Positions 12,708 through 35,728 of a DNA stretch of 64,000 bases are shown here, one piece after another; positions within the stretch are counted from its first letter, which is position 1, and the number at the start of each line of letters is the position of its first letter. Below the pieces are notes generated by a model that saw only the letters and a list, made by a program, of their open reading frames with translations, was not told the DNA's origin and ran no database searches. This DNA is from Macrostomum lignano. Taxonomy: Eukaryota. The position numbers were made by a program, and so were the translations under genes. The DNA is taken from NCBI GenBank assembly GCA_002269645.1, contig NIVC01000140.1, positions 186,001-250,000 of the forward strand, in the 5' to 3' direction.

Positions 12708-13508
12708 AATCTGTAGGATAGTTGTAGGATATTGCGAGGCAGATTGGCTTCATGAAGAAAAGCAGAGAAATTATTCAAATGGGAGAAATTAATTTGACAA
12801 CGGCTCAGGCAGGGGCCACTGTGGATGGGAGGCTAAACGGGCTGAATGGGGATTTCGCAAGCCCGAGTATCCGGGGCCCCCGCCCCAACTGTTTGCTCAG
12901 CTTGCGGCATTGAGGCCGCCTGGGCGGGGCGGCCGGAGTCTCGCCGCCAATGCGGGCCCGCACACATGCCGCCATAAATATTTAGAATTCTATGAGAAAT
13001 TGCTGGCAGCCAGCCAAGCCGGGGTCTCGTGGCCCGGCGGTTTTTTTATCTCCCGAAATCTCACCCGGCGACCCCGACTCAAAACCTCCCGCGGGGCTCT
13101 CAGCCCGGCCCGTCCATCAAGGCACCAGTCGCGTGTGTTATCCCAGGCCTCGTTATTTTGCTTCTGGCTTCTTATCCTTGGGGGGGGGCAGATGAGGCGG
13201 CCGGCTCTGTGCCAAATTGGGGCCGGCAGCGCCGCGCTTGAGGAGCCGCACGCGACCCCCCCCCCTGCGGACTGCATGGAGTCTGGGGCCTCGGCAACCT
13301 CTGCCAACTTTTTAATTAGCTGCGGTAAAGCACCCGGCTCTGAATGCGCCCCGTTTTGTTGGCGAGTAGCCGCGTTCTCAGAACAGGTCCCTGAAATGAT
13401 TGCCTTGACGCGGACTGTCTGAACTCTCTGGCGCGATCTTTTTATTTGAACGGTCAAAGTTGTGATCCCAAACTGCGCTCTTGGTACCTTTGCAAGGGAA
13501 AAATGGCT

Positions 13509-14325
13509 CCTTGTCTGACACATTTTGTCTGACACTCCTTGACACTCCTTGTCTAGTAGTTTTTGTCTTGTACTCCTTGTCTGGCACTCCTTGTCTGGCA
13601 CTCCTTGTCTGGCACTCCTTGTCTGGCACTCCTTGTCTGGCACTCCTTGTCTGGCACTCCTTGTCTGGCACTCCTTGTCTGGCACTCCTTGTCTGGCACT
13701 CCTTGTCTGGCACTCCTTGTCTGGCACTCCTTGTCTGGCACTCCTTGTCTGGCACTCCTTGTCTGGCACTCCTTGTCTGGCACTCCTTGTCTGGCACTCC
13801 TTGTCTGGCACTCCTTGTCTGGCACTCCTTGTCTGGCACTCCTTGTCTGGCACTCCTTGTCTGGCACTCCTTGTCTGGCACTCCTTGTCTGGCACTCCTT
13901 GTCTGGCACTCCTTGTCTGGCACTCCTTGTCTGGCACTCCTTGTCTGGCACTCCTTGTCTGGCACTCCTTGTCTGGCACTCCTTGTCTGGCACTCCTTGT
14001 CTGGCACTCCTTGTCTGGCACTCCTTGTCTGGCACTCCTTGTCTGGCACTCCTTGTCTGGCACTCCTTGTCTGGCACTCCTTGTCTGGCACTCCTTGTCT
14101 GGCACTCCTTGTCTGGCACTCCTTGTCTGGCACTCCTTGTCTGGCACTCCTTGTCTGGCACTCCTTGTCTGGCACTCCTTGTCTGGCACTCCTTGTCTGG
14201 CACTCCTTGTCTGGCACTCCTTGTCTGGCACTCCTTGTCTGGCACTCCTTGTCTGGCACTCCTTGTCTGGCACTCCTTGTCTGGCACTCCTTGTCTGGCA
14301 CTCCTTGTCTGGCACTCCTTGTCTC
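13509..14325. repeat. 14-bp minisatellite (TCCTTGTCTGGCAC), more than 50 copies
   Basis: Perfect array from about 13574, with degenerate copies upstream. Confidence 0.96.
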
Positions 14326-15381
14326 AATAGCTGAGGGCGGAGTCGCCAGGCGCAGCCATAAATATTTATCAATGAGCGGAGCAACAAAAAGCTGAATAGG
14401 AAAAACCCTCGAGCTCGGATTTCAGTAATTTGGCTTCTTGCCGAATCTGCTTTGTGCAGTGATGGGGTGGCCGCGGCTCGCGCCCGAGATCCCCAGTGGG
14501 ATTCCGGCGGCCGGAAGGAGCGGGGAGAGCGCGGCGGCCGCGGCTATAAAATGGTGAAACCCGACACCGCGTTGGTGTCGGTGGCCGCCCATCATAAACC
14601 TGCCACTTCTGAGGGGCCTCTGCCGCCAACAGCAGGTCTTGGGTTTCAGTCCGGGCTCGTCAGCAACCGCCCAGCCTGTTGGGGGGGGGGGGGGGGGGCG
14701 CCCGCGCTTCCGCACCAGCACCGGTTCAGCTCCGGTGTACCGTGGCCTGCAGAACAGTTATTGGCGACTCTCCATGGCAACTGGTGAGGCAGCAGCACTG
14801 TCCGAATGTGTACGCTCGTATCAGCTTTTTCAAAGCCATTCCAGCATCCCCATGAGGATTTTACATTTTTACCTGATTGATCTCCGATTTCAGCTCAGAA
14901 AAACACCATAGCGAGCTTCGTATTGCCTCCGATTCAAAGCCAACGGTAAACTCCTTGTGTCGTGAAATTTGCAACCATTGTACACTACTGCCCATCGCCA
15001 ATCAGTAGCAATGTGCGCGCTGCATAAATTCGCAAAGCTGAGCAAATATTTTAATTGGGGCCGCGCGGTCAGGGCGGGCGGGCGATTTTTCTTGGCTCTC
15101 TTATCAATTCGGTTGCTGGCCTGGAGGTGAAAAATCACCGCTGCCCACCTGACCGTCGGTGCCCCGGGATTCGGCGATGACAGGCTGCGGGGGCAGGTGA
15201 GGACACCGGCCCTTCATCAGCCGCATCGGGAGGCTGAATGGATGAGGCTTAATGCGGGCCAGAAGGCGCCGAGATAAAAGGCAGCGGCAGGCCCAGGTTG
15301 TCCGGCCGAGGCCCCGAAATTCTGGCCTTGTCTGCACTCGCTGACCACCGGCTTGAACTTTCCTTCAAAATCGCAGTCACC

Positions 15382-27038
<11,657 letters not shown>

Positions 27039-27985
27039 ACCAGCCGAACCCAGCTGCCGTTCAGCGATTGGATTGGATGAAGTTGATGCACATTGTACTG
27101 CACATTATACCTTTTAGGCTAGTCTGTACTCATATGTGTTCTCATTAGCTTGATAGAACTCCGCTTTTTCAATTGGGGAAACGCCAAGCAAGGAAGACTC
27201 AAGCAGGCAGATGGGATGCTTAGTTTCTTTAGAAAACTTTTGAAGGCTGAAAGCTGACCGAGATGGGAAAGTCCAACACAAAAATACCGAGTTTCTTGTT
27301 GAAATCGGATAAAAACTTTTAACATGACCTGCCTGTCTGTATTTTGCACTGAAATGTCTGGCAATGAATTGAATTTTTACATATCTGAAAACAAACGGGC
27401 ATTGAAATGCATATTGAAGACATGCAGAACTTGCTTTAGAAGGAACCAAAATAAAAGATCATGCCGTGATATTTTAAGAGTTCATTTGGTTTAGGGCATG
27501 TCTGGAATTCACACAAATTCTTTACATGCATATGCAAGTCAGGTTTAAAGATGAGCATTTGAAGTTGATCTGATTTCAATAAAAAAACTATACTTGTTTT
27601 CGTGTTAAAAGCTTGTAAAAAGCTGGAAACTTGCTAATCTTAATGCATAAATGCATTTTGATATGTTTGAATTGCAGTTCAAGATAACTTGGGAAATTTC
27701 TTGTCTGCATTGCGCTATCTATGCGAAGAAAAATTGAATCCGGAATTCTCTTAGTTAACTGGAGAAGAAAAATGCACTTGGCTTGGCAGTTCTACCATTG
27801 ACGTCAGTTTAACACTGGATTGCCCAGCAAAGCATGTACGAGAATGCCGCGCTTCATACTACTACTTAATAGCGGCTTGATGTGTGCATGAATTCGCATC
27901 AATTCAAATACAAACTCTGAATCAGCTCGATGTCATTCGGCTGCTGGCTTCTGGAATAGAGACTGAAATTGAGCCCGTGCCTCTG

Positions 27986-28545
27986 ACTGGTCACTGGGTT
28001 TGGTCACAGTGTTTGCATTCATATCGGTCACTGGGTTTGGTCACAGTGTTTGCATTCAGATTGGTCACAGCGTTTGCATTCAGATTGGTCACTGGGTTTG
28101 GTCACAGTGTTTGCATTCAGATTGGTCACTGGGTTTGGTCACAGTGTTTGCATTCAGATTGGTCACTGGGTTTGGTCACAGTGTTTGCATTCAGATTGGT
28201 CACTGGGTTTGGTCACAGTGTTTGCATTCATATCGGTCACTGGGTTTGGTCACAGTGTTTGCATTCAGATTGGTCACTGGGTTTGGTCACAGTGTTTGCA
28301 TTCATATCGGTCACTGGGTTTGGTCACAGTGTTTGCATTCATATCGGTCACTGGGTTTGGTCACAGTGTTTGCATTCAGATTGGTCACTGGGTTTGGTCA
28401 CAGTGTTTGCATTCAGATTGGTCACTGGGTTTGGTCACAGTGTTTGCATTCATATTGGTCACTGGGTTTGGTCACAGTGTTTGCATTCAGATTGGTCACT
28501 GGGTTTGGTCACAGTGTTTGCATTCAGATTGTTCACTGGGTTTGG
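27986..28545. repeat. 37-bp minisatellite (TGGTCACTGGGTTTGGTCACAGTGTTTGCATTCAGAT)
   Basis: About 15 copies, just upstream of the LINE 5' end. Confidence 0.93.
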
Positions 28546-28617
28546 CCAATCGACCGTTCCAGTTTCCAGGCCTTCACTAATGCAGGGTAAGCGAGAGAGC
28601 TGCTGTAAGCCACTATT

Positions 28618-31600
28618 ATGCCAATGTTTTGCTCTAAAGACATGTGTACTTTCTCAGTCTTTGACTTGACCTTCGTTTCCGCTTACCTGGACATTCAGGA
28701 GGACGTCCCTCCCCCCCTCCTGCAGGAGCTGGCGGACTTCTGTAATCTCCAGGATCGGAAGCTTATCGTTAGCTGCGATGCTAACGCCCACAACACTGCC
28801 TGGTCTAGTAGCGATACTAACAGGCGCGGTGACTTACTAATTGATTTCATTAACTCCTCCTCGTTACACATTTGCAACAGAGGCAGCAAACCCACATTTA
28901 TTGTCTCTAATCGGCGTGAGGTTATCGACCTCACTCTCGTCTCCAACAACGCCCTCAATCAGGTCCACAGCTGGCTGGTTAGGGATGACCTCCCATCGCT
29001 TTCCGACCACTCGTACATTCAGTACAGCATCAGCTCCGTCGGAGCCCGTCATGAGAACCGGGACCGCCTTAATTTGAAAAAGGCCGACTGGACAGGTTTT
29101 CGAAGAGACCTGCTAAAACTCCTGACCGAAGCCAACTTACCGGACTCCAGCGAGGATCTCCCTGGCATTGAGCATCGGTGCAACTCCCTCGTTGAGATCC
29201 TAAACACCGCCATACGCGCTAACGCCCCTAAGCTGTTTTGCAGGAAGAAATACTCTCCTTGGTGGAGTCAAGAGCTCACTCGCATGAAGAAAAACACCCG
29301 CCGACTGCAACGCCTCGCAAACGGCTCGAATACCCCAGAGGATTGGGAGAACTACCACTCTGCTCTGAGGATGTACAAAAGTGCTATCCGAAGGGCTAAG
29401 AAGACCACCTGGAAAGCCTACTGCGCCGGCCTGGAAGGGCAACACCCCACAGCCCGGCTGGTCAGGACTCTCAGGCACGACACGCTAGCTCAGTGTAACT
29501 CCCTTCTGCACCTGGATGGTAACTACACTACCAGTGCCGAAGGTTCGCTAAATCTTCTTTTCTCCACCTGCTTTCCGCAGGTTGACGAACCGGAGTACGT
29601 GGTCGATGACCACAGGCCTTGTGATCACAAGCTTTTCCAGCAGTGCGCCACCCCCAGCTACTCCAGCTGGCAGCAAATTCTTTTAAACCGTATAAATCGT
29701 CTGGCCCTGACAATATCGCCCCCTGTATCCTGCAGGAGGCGCTAAAGCTGCAAAACTTTGCTGATTCTTTCTCTAAATTGCTTGTTGACTGTTATACCAC
29801 AGGTTACATTCCCACAATCTGGAGAATGTCCAGAGTCGTGTTCATCCCGAAACCTGCTAAGGGTGACTACACCAACGTGAAATCCTTCCGGCCCATCAGC
29901 CTCACTTCCTTTTGTGTTAAGCTGATGGAGAGGCTCATCCTGTGGAGGCTTCGAGAGTGCGACCTGCGCTCCGACCCTGTCAGTAAGTACCAGTACGCCT
30001 TCCAGCCTGGGAGGACGACTGAGCATGCTCTCCACGCCATTACCTCCAAAATTGAGAGTGCCATCCTTAGCAAACAACTCGCTTGCGGGTTGTTCGTTGA
30101 CTTCGAAGGAGCATTTGACAATGTCCTCTTCCGCTCCTTCAGAAATTCTCTTTCCCGCAGGAATGTAAGACACAGCATTGTTCGCTGGATTTATTTTATG
30201 ATCCGCAAAAGGTTTGTGACATCCACACTTATGGGCGTTACCCTCACCCGGGCGGTGATGAAAGGCGGCCCGCAAGGTGGCGTGCTAACTCCACTTCTCT
30301 GGAATCTCGTCATGGACGAACTTCTAACCGCTGACATTCCCAGCAGTATCACCAGGGCGGGCTACGCCGATGACGTTGCCGCGGTCGTCAGCGGACCCGA
30401 CCCCGCCACCCTGCGCAACCTGATGCAGCAAATCGCCGACAAGGCGGCCGACTGGGCTACACAGCATGGCCTAAAAATCAGCGTCACTAAGACTGTCGCT
30501 GTCGTTTTCACCAAGCGCCGTAAGTGGGAGATGAAAAACCTCACTGTCTATGGCAGAAACATCCCCTTCAAGAAGGAGGTCAAATACCTCGGTGTGACGC
30601 TAACGCATGACCTGCGCTGGACGAAGCACCTTGATAACGTCATCGGTCGGGCAAAACGCTGCTTTGCCCAGCTGCGCAGAGCCATCGGGCCGACTTGGGG
30701 CCTCTCGCCTAGAACGGTCCGTTGGATTTATACCGGCATCATCCGGCCCAGTATCACATACGCGAGTCTCATCTGGACTAGCGTGCTGGAGCAGAAGGCC
30801 GCCCGTCAGCGGCTGTACCAGCTTCAGGGCAGCATTTGCCGTGCCATCACAGGTGCGTACCCGTCCACCCCTTACGAGGGGCTGAACACTATCCTTAACC
30901 TACCTCCGCTTCACCTATTTATTAGGGCGGAGGCTATGAAGTCTGCCTCCCGGCTTATCAGAGATAAAACGTTAAATAACGCGCCCTCTGGCTTTATGCC
31001 AATGAAAACATTAATCCCGCATATGGACTTTGTCCGCCGCGACCTTAACAACATCCACATGGACCTGGGCAATGTGGATAGTCGACCTCCCGCCCTCAAC
31101 ATCAGGAGGGGCTTCAAGACCGCCATCCCTGGCCGAGACAACATTCCGCTGGATGTCGGTGTGAACCGGCGCAGCCAGGGCATTCACTGCTTCACCGACG
31201 GCTCGCTGTTCAACGGCCGCGCTGGAGCGGGTATTGCCATTTTCCACGAGGGTAAGATGCTTCTCCAGGAAAGTCTGCACCTCGGTGAGAACACCTCAGT
31301 TTTCCAAGCTGAAATTTGCGCCATTGAGCAGTGTGCCCAGCAACTGTTTCAGGCGAACAATAATAATTTTGACATTAATTTCTACACTGATAGCCAAGCT
31401 GCTATTAAGGCCTTAACCACTGAGAATATCTCCGCTGCTACAGTATCTCAATGCCACCGCAGTGTGCAATCTCTCTCAGTCCTTAACAGGATTAGAATTA
31501 TCTGGACACCTGGTCACAGCAACATCCTGGGCAACGAGCTCGCGGACTCTCTCGCCAAGGAGGGCAGCAACCCAGACGGCAACCACCGTCTGATGAGGCT

Positions 31601-32169
31601 ACCCACCCCCAGGTCGCAAGTCACCCGCCATATCAACAGGTGGCTCCATCAGCAGCACCAGCTCCACTGGAACAGCTGCACCGAGTACAGGCAGAGCCGC
31701 TCTGCCATGCCTAACCTGAACAGGAAAGTCTCTGATTATCTGATTTCGCTTAACAGAACCGACCTCAGGGAGATGTGCATGGTCCTAACCGGCCACGGAT
31801 TCTTCCAGAGACATATATCGTTGCAAACCGGTTGCCCTCCCACCTGTCCCTTCTGTGGCATAGGAGAGGAGACCGCGGAGCATCACGTCACCTTCTGCCC
31901 TTACTTCAACAAGGCGCGGCACAAATACCTCGGCCACCCCCAGCGGATGGACGAGCTGACCACCGCGGACAATATCCGAGACCTCCGCGCCTTCGTCCGG
32001 GACTCCGGCCGGATGAGGGTCGCCGATGCCTCCACTGCGGACCTGCCGACTACTGGCGGGGACTGGGCGCACCCCCAAGGCTAATCCTTGTGCTCTTTTA
32101 CCTTGGGGTTGCGATAGGGGCCTCGCGGCCTATTCGCGGCGCCTGCGCCCCCCGTCAGTAGTAAGTAAG
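28618..32169 (+). mobile_element. Non-LTR retrotransposon (LINE), LOA/R1-like, 5'-truncated: APE endonuclease-RT-RNase H-C-terminal Cys/His motif, one frameshift near 29651
   Basis: ORF 28618-29745 carries [26 protein letters not shown] and LSDH (APE). ORF 29643-32084 carries [34 protein letters not shown] (RT), FTDGS/FQAEI/YTDSQ/GNELAD (RNase H) and CPFC..ETAEHH..FC. The short 3' UTR ends in AGTAGTAAGTAAG. Clade assignment is from motif memory only. Confidence 0.92.
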
Positions 32170-32361
32170 CCTCATATCCACCAGCACGCAATATGGAGGC
32201 TAAAAGTTGAAAAAATGAGAAGATGGAGGACAAACGCCTGCTGATTTCGATGCTAAACTGCAGCAGAAAGAATTTATTGTGAAAGAACGGCGCCGCAAAA
32301 ATCAAAGTGAAGTTCTTCAAAAATTGGAACTTTTTTATCTGACAAGCTACATGCTACATGC

Positions 32362-32777
32362 GGACCGCTGCGGGGAATCAGTGGGGAATTGCTGATAGCA
32401 CTAGCGGACCGCTGCGGGGAATCAGTGGGGAATTGCTGATAGCACTGGCGGACCGCTGCGGGGAATCAGTGGGGAATCGCAAATGCGGCACACCAAGGCA
32501 TCAGTAACAATTAGATGAGCAGCAGCGGATCGGCTTGCAGCTCAGGCACTGCGGAAAAGATTTCTCGCTAAAATGACCGAACTCTCAGTCCAAGGGGCGG
32601 CAGGCGCTGCCAGCTACTGAATCAAATTGTTTGCAAAGGTCATCTGTCTGCAACTCAGAGGCGCTGCCAGCTACTGAATCAAATTGTTTGCAAAAGGTCA
32701 TCTGTCTGCAACTCAGAGGCGCTGCCAGCTACTGAATCAAATTGTTTGCAAAAGGTCATCTGTCTGCAACTCAGAGG
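32362..32777. repeat. Short arrays downstream of the GST stop: 44-bp x about 2.7 and 57-58-bp x 3
   Basis: Arrays at 32362-32478 and 32602-32777. Confidence 0.8.
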
Positions 32778-32791
32778 ACCGCCGGGCCAGC

Positions 32792-34474
32792 TCAGATGCG
32801 GGGTGCGGGGCCGCCACCGGAGCCCGTGTCCAACTGCCTGGAGTTGTAGCGGTCCCGCACCATGTAGAGAATCCGGTGAGCCTCTTCAAAGTGCGGCGCC
32901 AGGTCAGCCTTGACGCGGCCCATCCAGGCCAGCAGGCGCGGGTGCGACTCGGCGCTGTAGCTGAAGCCGCAGGCGGTTGGCTGCTCGAGCTCGCAGGCCG
33001 CCAGCAGATCGGCGATGCTAATCCGGTCCGCCGCCAGGTACGGCGTGTCTCGGAGGAAAAAATTCTCCAGGTGGTCGAGCGTGCCAGCCAGCTCCTGTGA
33101 GAGGTGGTGGATCGAATTAATTGGCGGCGATTCAATTCTAAGAAGGCAACACGCCTGAGGTGAGATGCCAGAAAGTCGATACCTGGGGTGATTTTTAGAA
33201 AACCTGAGCTAAGATTTCAAAAAAGCGACACCAGATGTAGGATTTCTAAGAAAGTGTCACGAAAGCAACACCTTCCCCGGGGTTAGATTTCTAGAAAAGG
33301 GACACCTGAGGTGAGATTTGTAAGAAACCCGATGTGGGATTTCTATGAAAGCGACACCTAAGGTGAGATTTCTAGGAAAGTGATGACACTCGCGTGAGAG
33401 TATATGAAAAAGACACCTTGGGTGAGATTCTAGGACGCTGGCAAAATAAGATCTCACCTGCCGATAGAAGTCAGCCCGCTGCTGGTCCACAGGTTGGCCA
33501 GTGGCGCGAGGCCGGATGACGAGAGTCTGGAACAGCAGCGCGGCATTCAGCCGGGTGTTGAGATGCTGCCAATCCAGATACTGGTCAATGCGAGCCCTGG
33601 CCTGCAGATCCTTTGGGTACCAGTGGTCTGGACAGGGGAAGCGGCGACACAGATAGCGCAGGATGGCAGCGCTCTCAGACAGGCAGAAGCCGCTGTCCTC
33701 GATGGCTGGGACTCGCTGGAAATGGTTCACCTGACGAAATTCGTCAGTCAGGTGTGCACCTGCAGAGATTGATTGAGATGAGCTTGCTAGATTTTATGGA
33801 CTTGGACTCATTCTTATTTTTTATCATACTCATAAACATAAAAGAAAACTGATTATAGAAGCTTGGTTTCTTTCTGAGAACTGAAAGGCCATTGGGCTAA
33901 AACTGTGGTGTTGAGGTATGTCATTTTTTTAAATAGTAAAATAGTTAGGGAATTTCAATACACTTTAATTGTTATTCAGAAGTAAGCATTTAGACAAATC
34001 AAACTCATACTATTTATATCTTTTATCCTGGTATAACTGTGCCCCAAAACCTAGTGTAATGCTAGCATCTATGGTTAGCAAGTGTCTAGCCTGTCTATTC
34101 ATCTATAATTTGTCTTTTTTTAGTGAAAAGGAAAGGATCTTTAGTGAAAGTTCCAAGGATGGAGTGCTATTTATTATCTGCATTGATAAAATTTAAAATG
34201 TAAATAACTTTGATTTGAAAAGCTATGCAAGTAAATGAGAAAATGTGCCAAAACTATGTATAGGAAAGAATAGGAAAGAATTTGAGATTCGATTTTAAAG
34301 CTGTATACGAATAATACACATTGAATGCAAAGCAAGCATAATAAAATACACCACCTACTTACGCCGACGAAGATCAATTAAAACAGGTGTGTGTTCAATA
34401 GAATTTTTCTTTAGAAAAAGCAAAACTGCTCTAGCAGGCTGGGACATTAGATCATAATATACTTTAAGACTCAT
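32792..34474 (-). CDS. Glutathione S-transferase, theta class, 3 exons, 238 aa
   Basis: Exons 34474-34363 (MSLKVYYDLMSQPARAVLLFL, catalytic Ser in SQP), 33759-33458 (HLTDEFRQVNHFQRVPAIED..LSESAAILRYL..HWYPKDLQARARIDQYLDWQH) and 33094-32792 (FLRDTPYLAADRISIADLLAACELEQP..FEEAH). GT-AG introns, phases 1 and 0, total 717 nt. Exon 1 is absent from the ORF track. Confidence 0.93.
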
Positions 34475-35728
34475 TGTTTTTATTTTGCCTGTTCTTTATA
34501 TATTTATCAAAAATCGCACTGTCTGATTTAATTGCTAATCGTTAACTGTTACTTAACTTCATCAGCTCATAATGAGGGTGTCTTAGAATTTTCAGTTTTT
34601 GAATAAAAACAGAATGAACAAAACAGTTTTACTAAAACAGAATCCAGCGGTAAATGTTGTTTCTAAATATAAAAATTGAATTTTATAAATATATGTGCTT
34701 CAAAAAATACATTATTTATATTATTTGCCTCTGGAAGGTACGCTTTTAAAATGTAAAACTGGGAGTATAAGTTTGAGTTACCGCGCGTGCGCATGATCCA
34801 CGATAATTGCTAACTGGATCTTACTCGTTAAGCTGTCCTGTAAGGGAAGGTTATTGACAAGGTTCCAGTTAATAATAGTTTGCTCTGAACAACTGCAATG
34901 GCGTCGCATATGAAGCAAGTTAATTAAAAGCTCTGTAGTAGACGACTCTTGAATTTGTATCATGGAAAGTAAATTGTATAAAATTAGGATTGTTTTTTAT
35001 TTAATATTTGTCTACACCATAAAACATCATTAAAGTCATTCTTCTTTTGTTTTCATAAGCTATCTAACAGCTATTTATTACTATATAAGCAAATAAGAGC
35101 AGTGTAACTGTAACCAAAATTGATTTTTAAAATGAAAACTAGGCTCAACAGATTTTGCATAACTTGCACTGAACTGATAGGAAATTGTTTTTTGTATTTG
35201 TATTTGGTTGGTTTTTGTTTTAGGTACATTAGCAGTGTTATGAAATAGGAGCTTTTAACTTAATTTTTATTCAATACATCCATTATTCAATAAATCATTT
35301 TAGTTAACTTGTTAAGCTTTATTTTTTCACTTTAATCAATAGTGTATATAAGTAATATTTTTTTATATTATAGTATATTCTATATATGGTTTAATGTTAG
35401 TATTGGGTATATAGATTTTTTAACAATATTTTTTATAGCAAAAATATATCTCAATTCTTACAATTTAATGTTAAATATGGACTCTCAACTAAAGTTTATT
35501 TTTGACATTATTTGCTAACATTTTTATGTTTTTAAGCTTAAATGATAGCTGAAAAAAAGAATAAAAGGAAAATAAATAATGTTTTCATTGTTCTAAACTA
35601 GTGTATTATAATTTAAATAAAATATGTTATTGTCTCAAATGTATTGTTTTATAGACATTATTATTATGACAAACAACAAATTGATTGCTATTTGTCATGC
35701 ATGCTCCCTTGAGCCCAGATAATTCTCT

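Noticed and set aside
5800-13500. Additional protein-coding genes among the many short GC-rich ORFs
   Set aside because: No recognisable domains, codon pattern or spliceable exon chain; better explained as non-coding or regulatory DNA.
9127-14395. Long repetitive ORFs in the track (for example 396 aa, 465 aa, and similar ones at 41465-42482 and 46903-47780)
   Set aside because: They are translations of stop-free minisatellites or CT tracts, open in several frames or strands, with no domain content.
14545-14581. TATAAAA followed by an 8-bp hairpin (CCGACACC-GCGTT-GGTGTCGG) as a miRNA or ncRNA gene
   Set aside because: The stem is far too short for a pre-miRNA and there is no other support.
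34778-34963. 61-aa minus-strand ORF as the GST first exon
   Set aside because: No GST similarity; the true exon 1 (MSLKVYYDLMSQP) is at 34474-34363.
34475-35728. ERSE or UPRE in the BiP upstream region
   Set aside because: CCACG at 34798 lacks CCAAT at the 9-nt spacing, and I saw no TGACGTGG.
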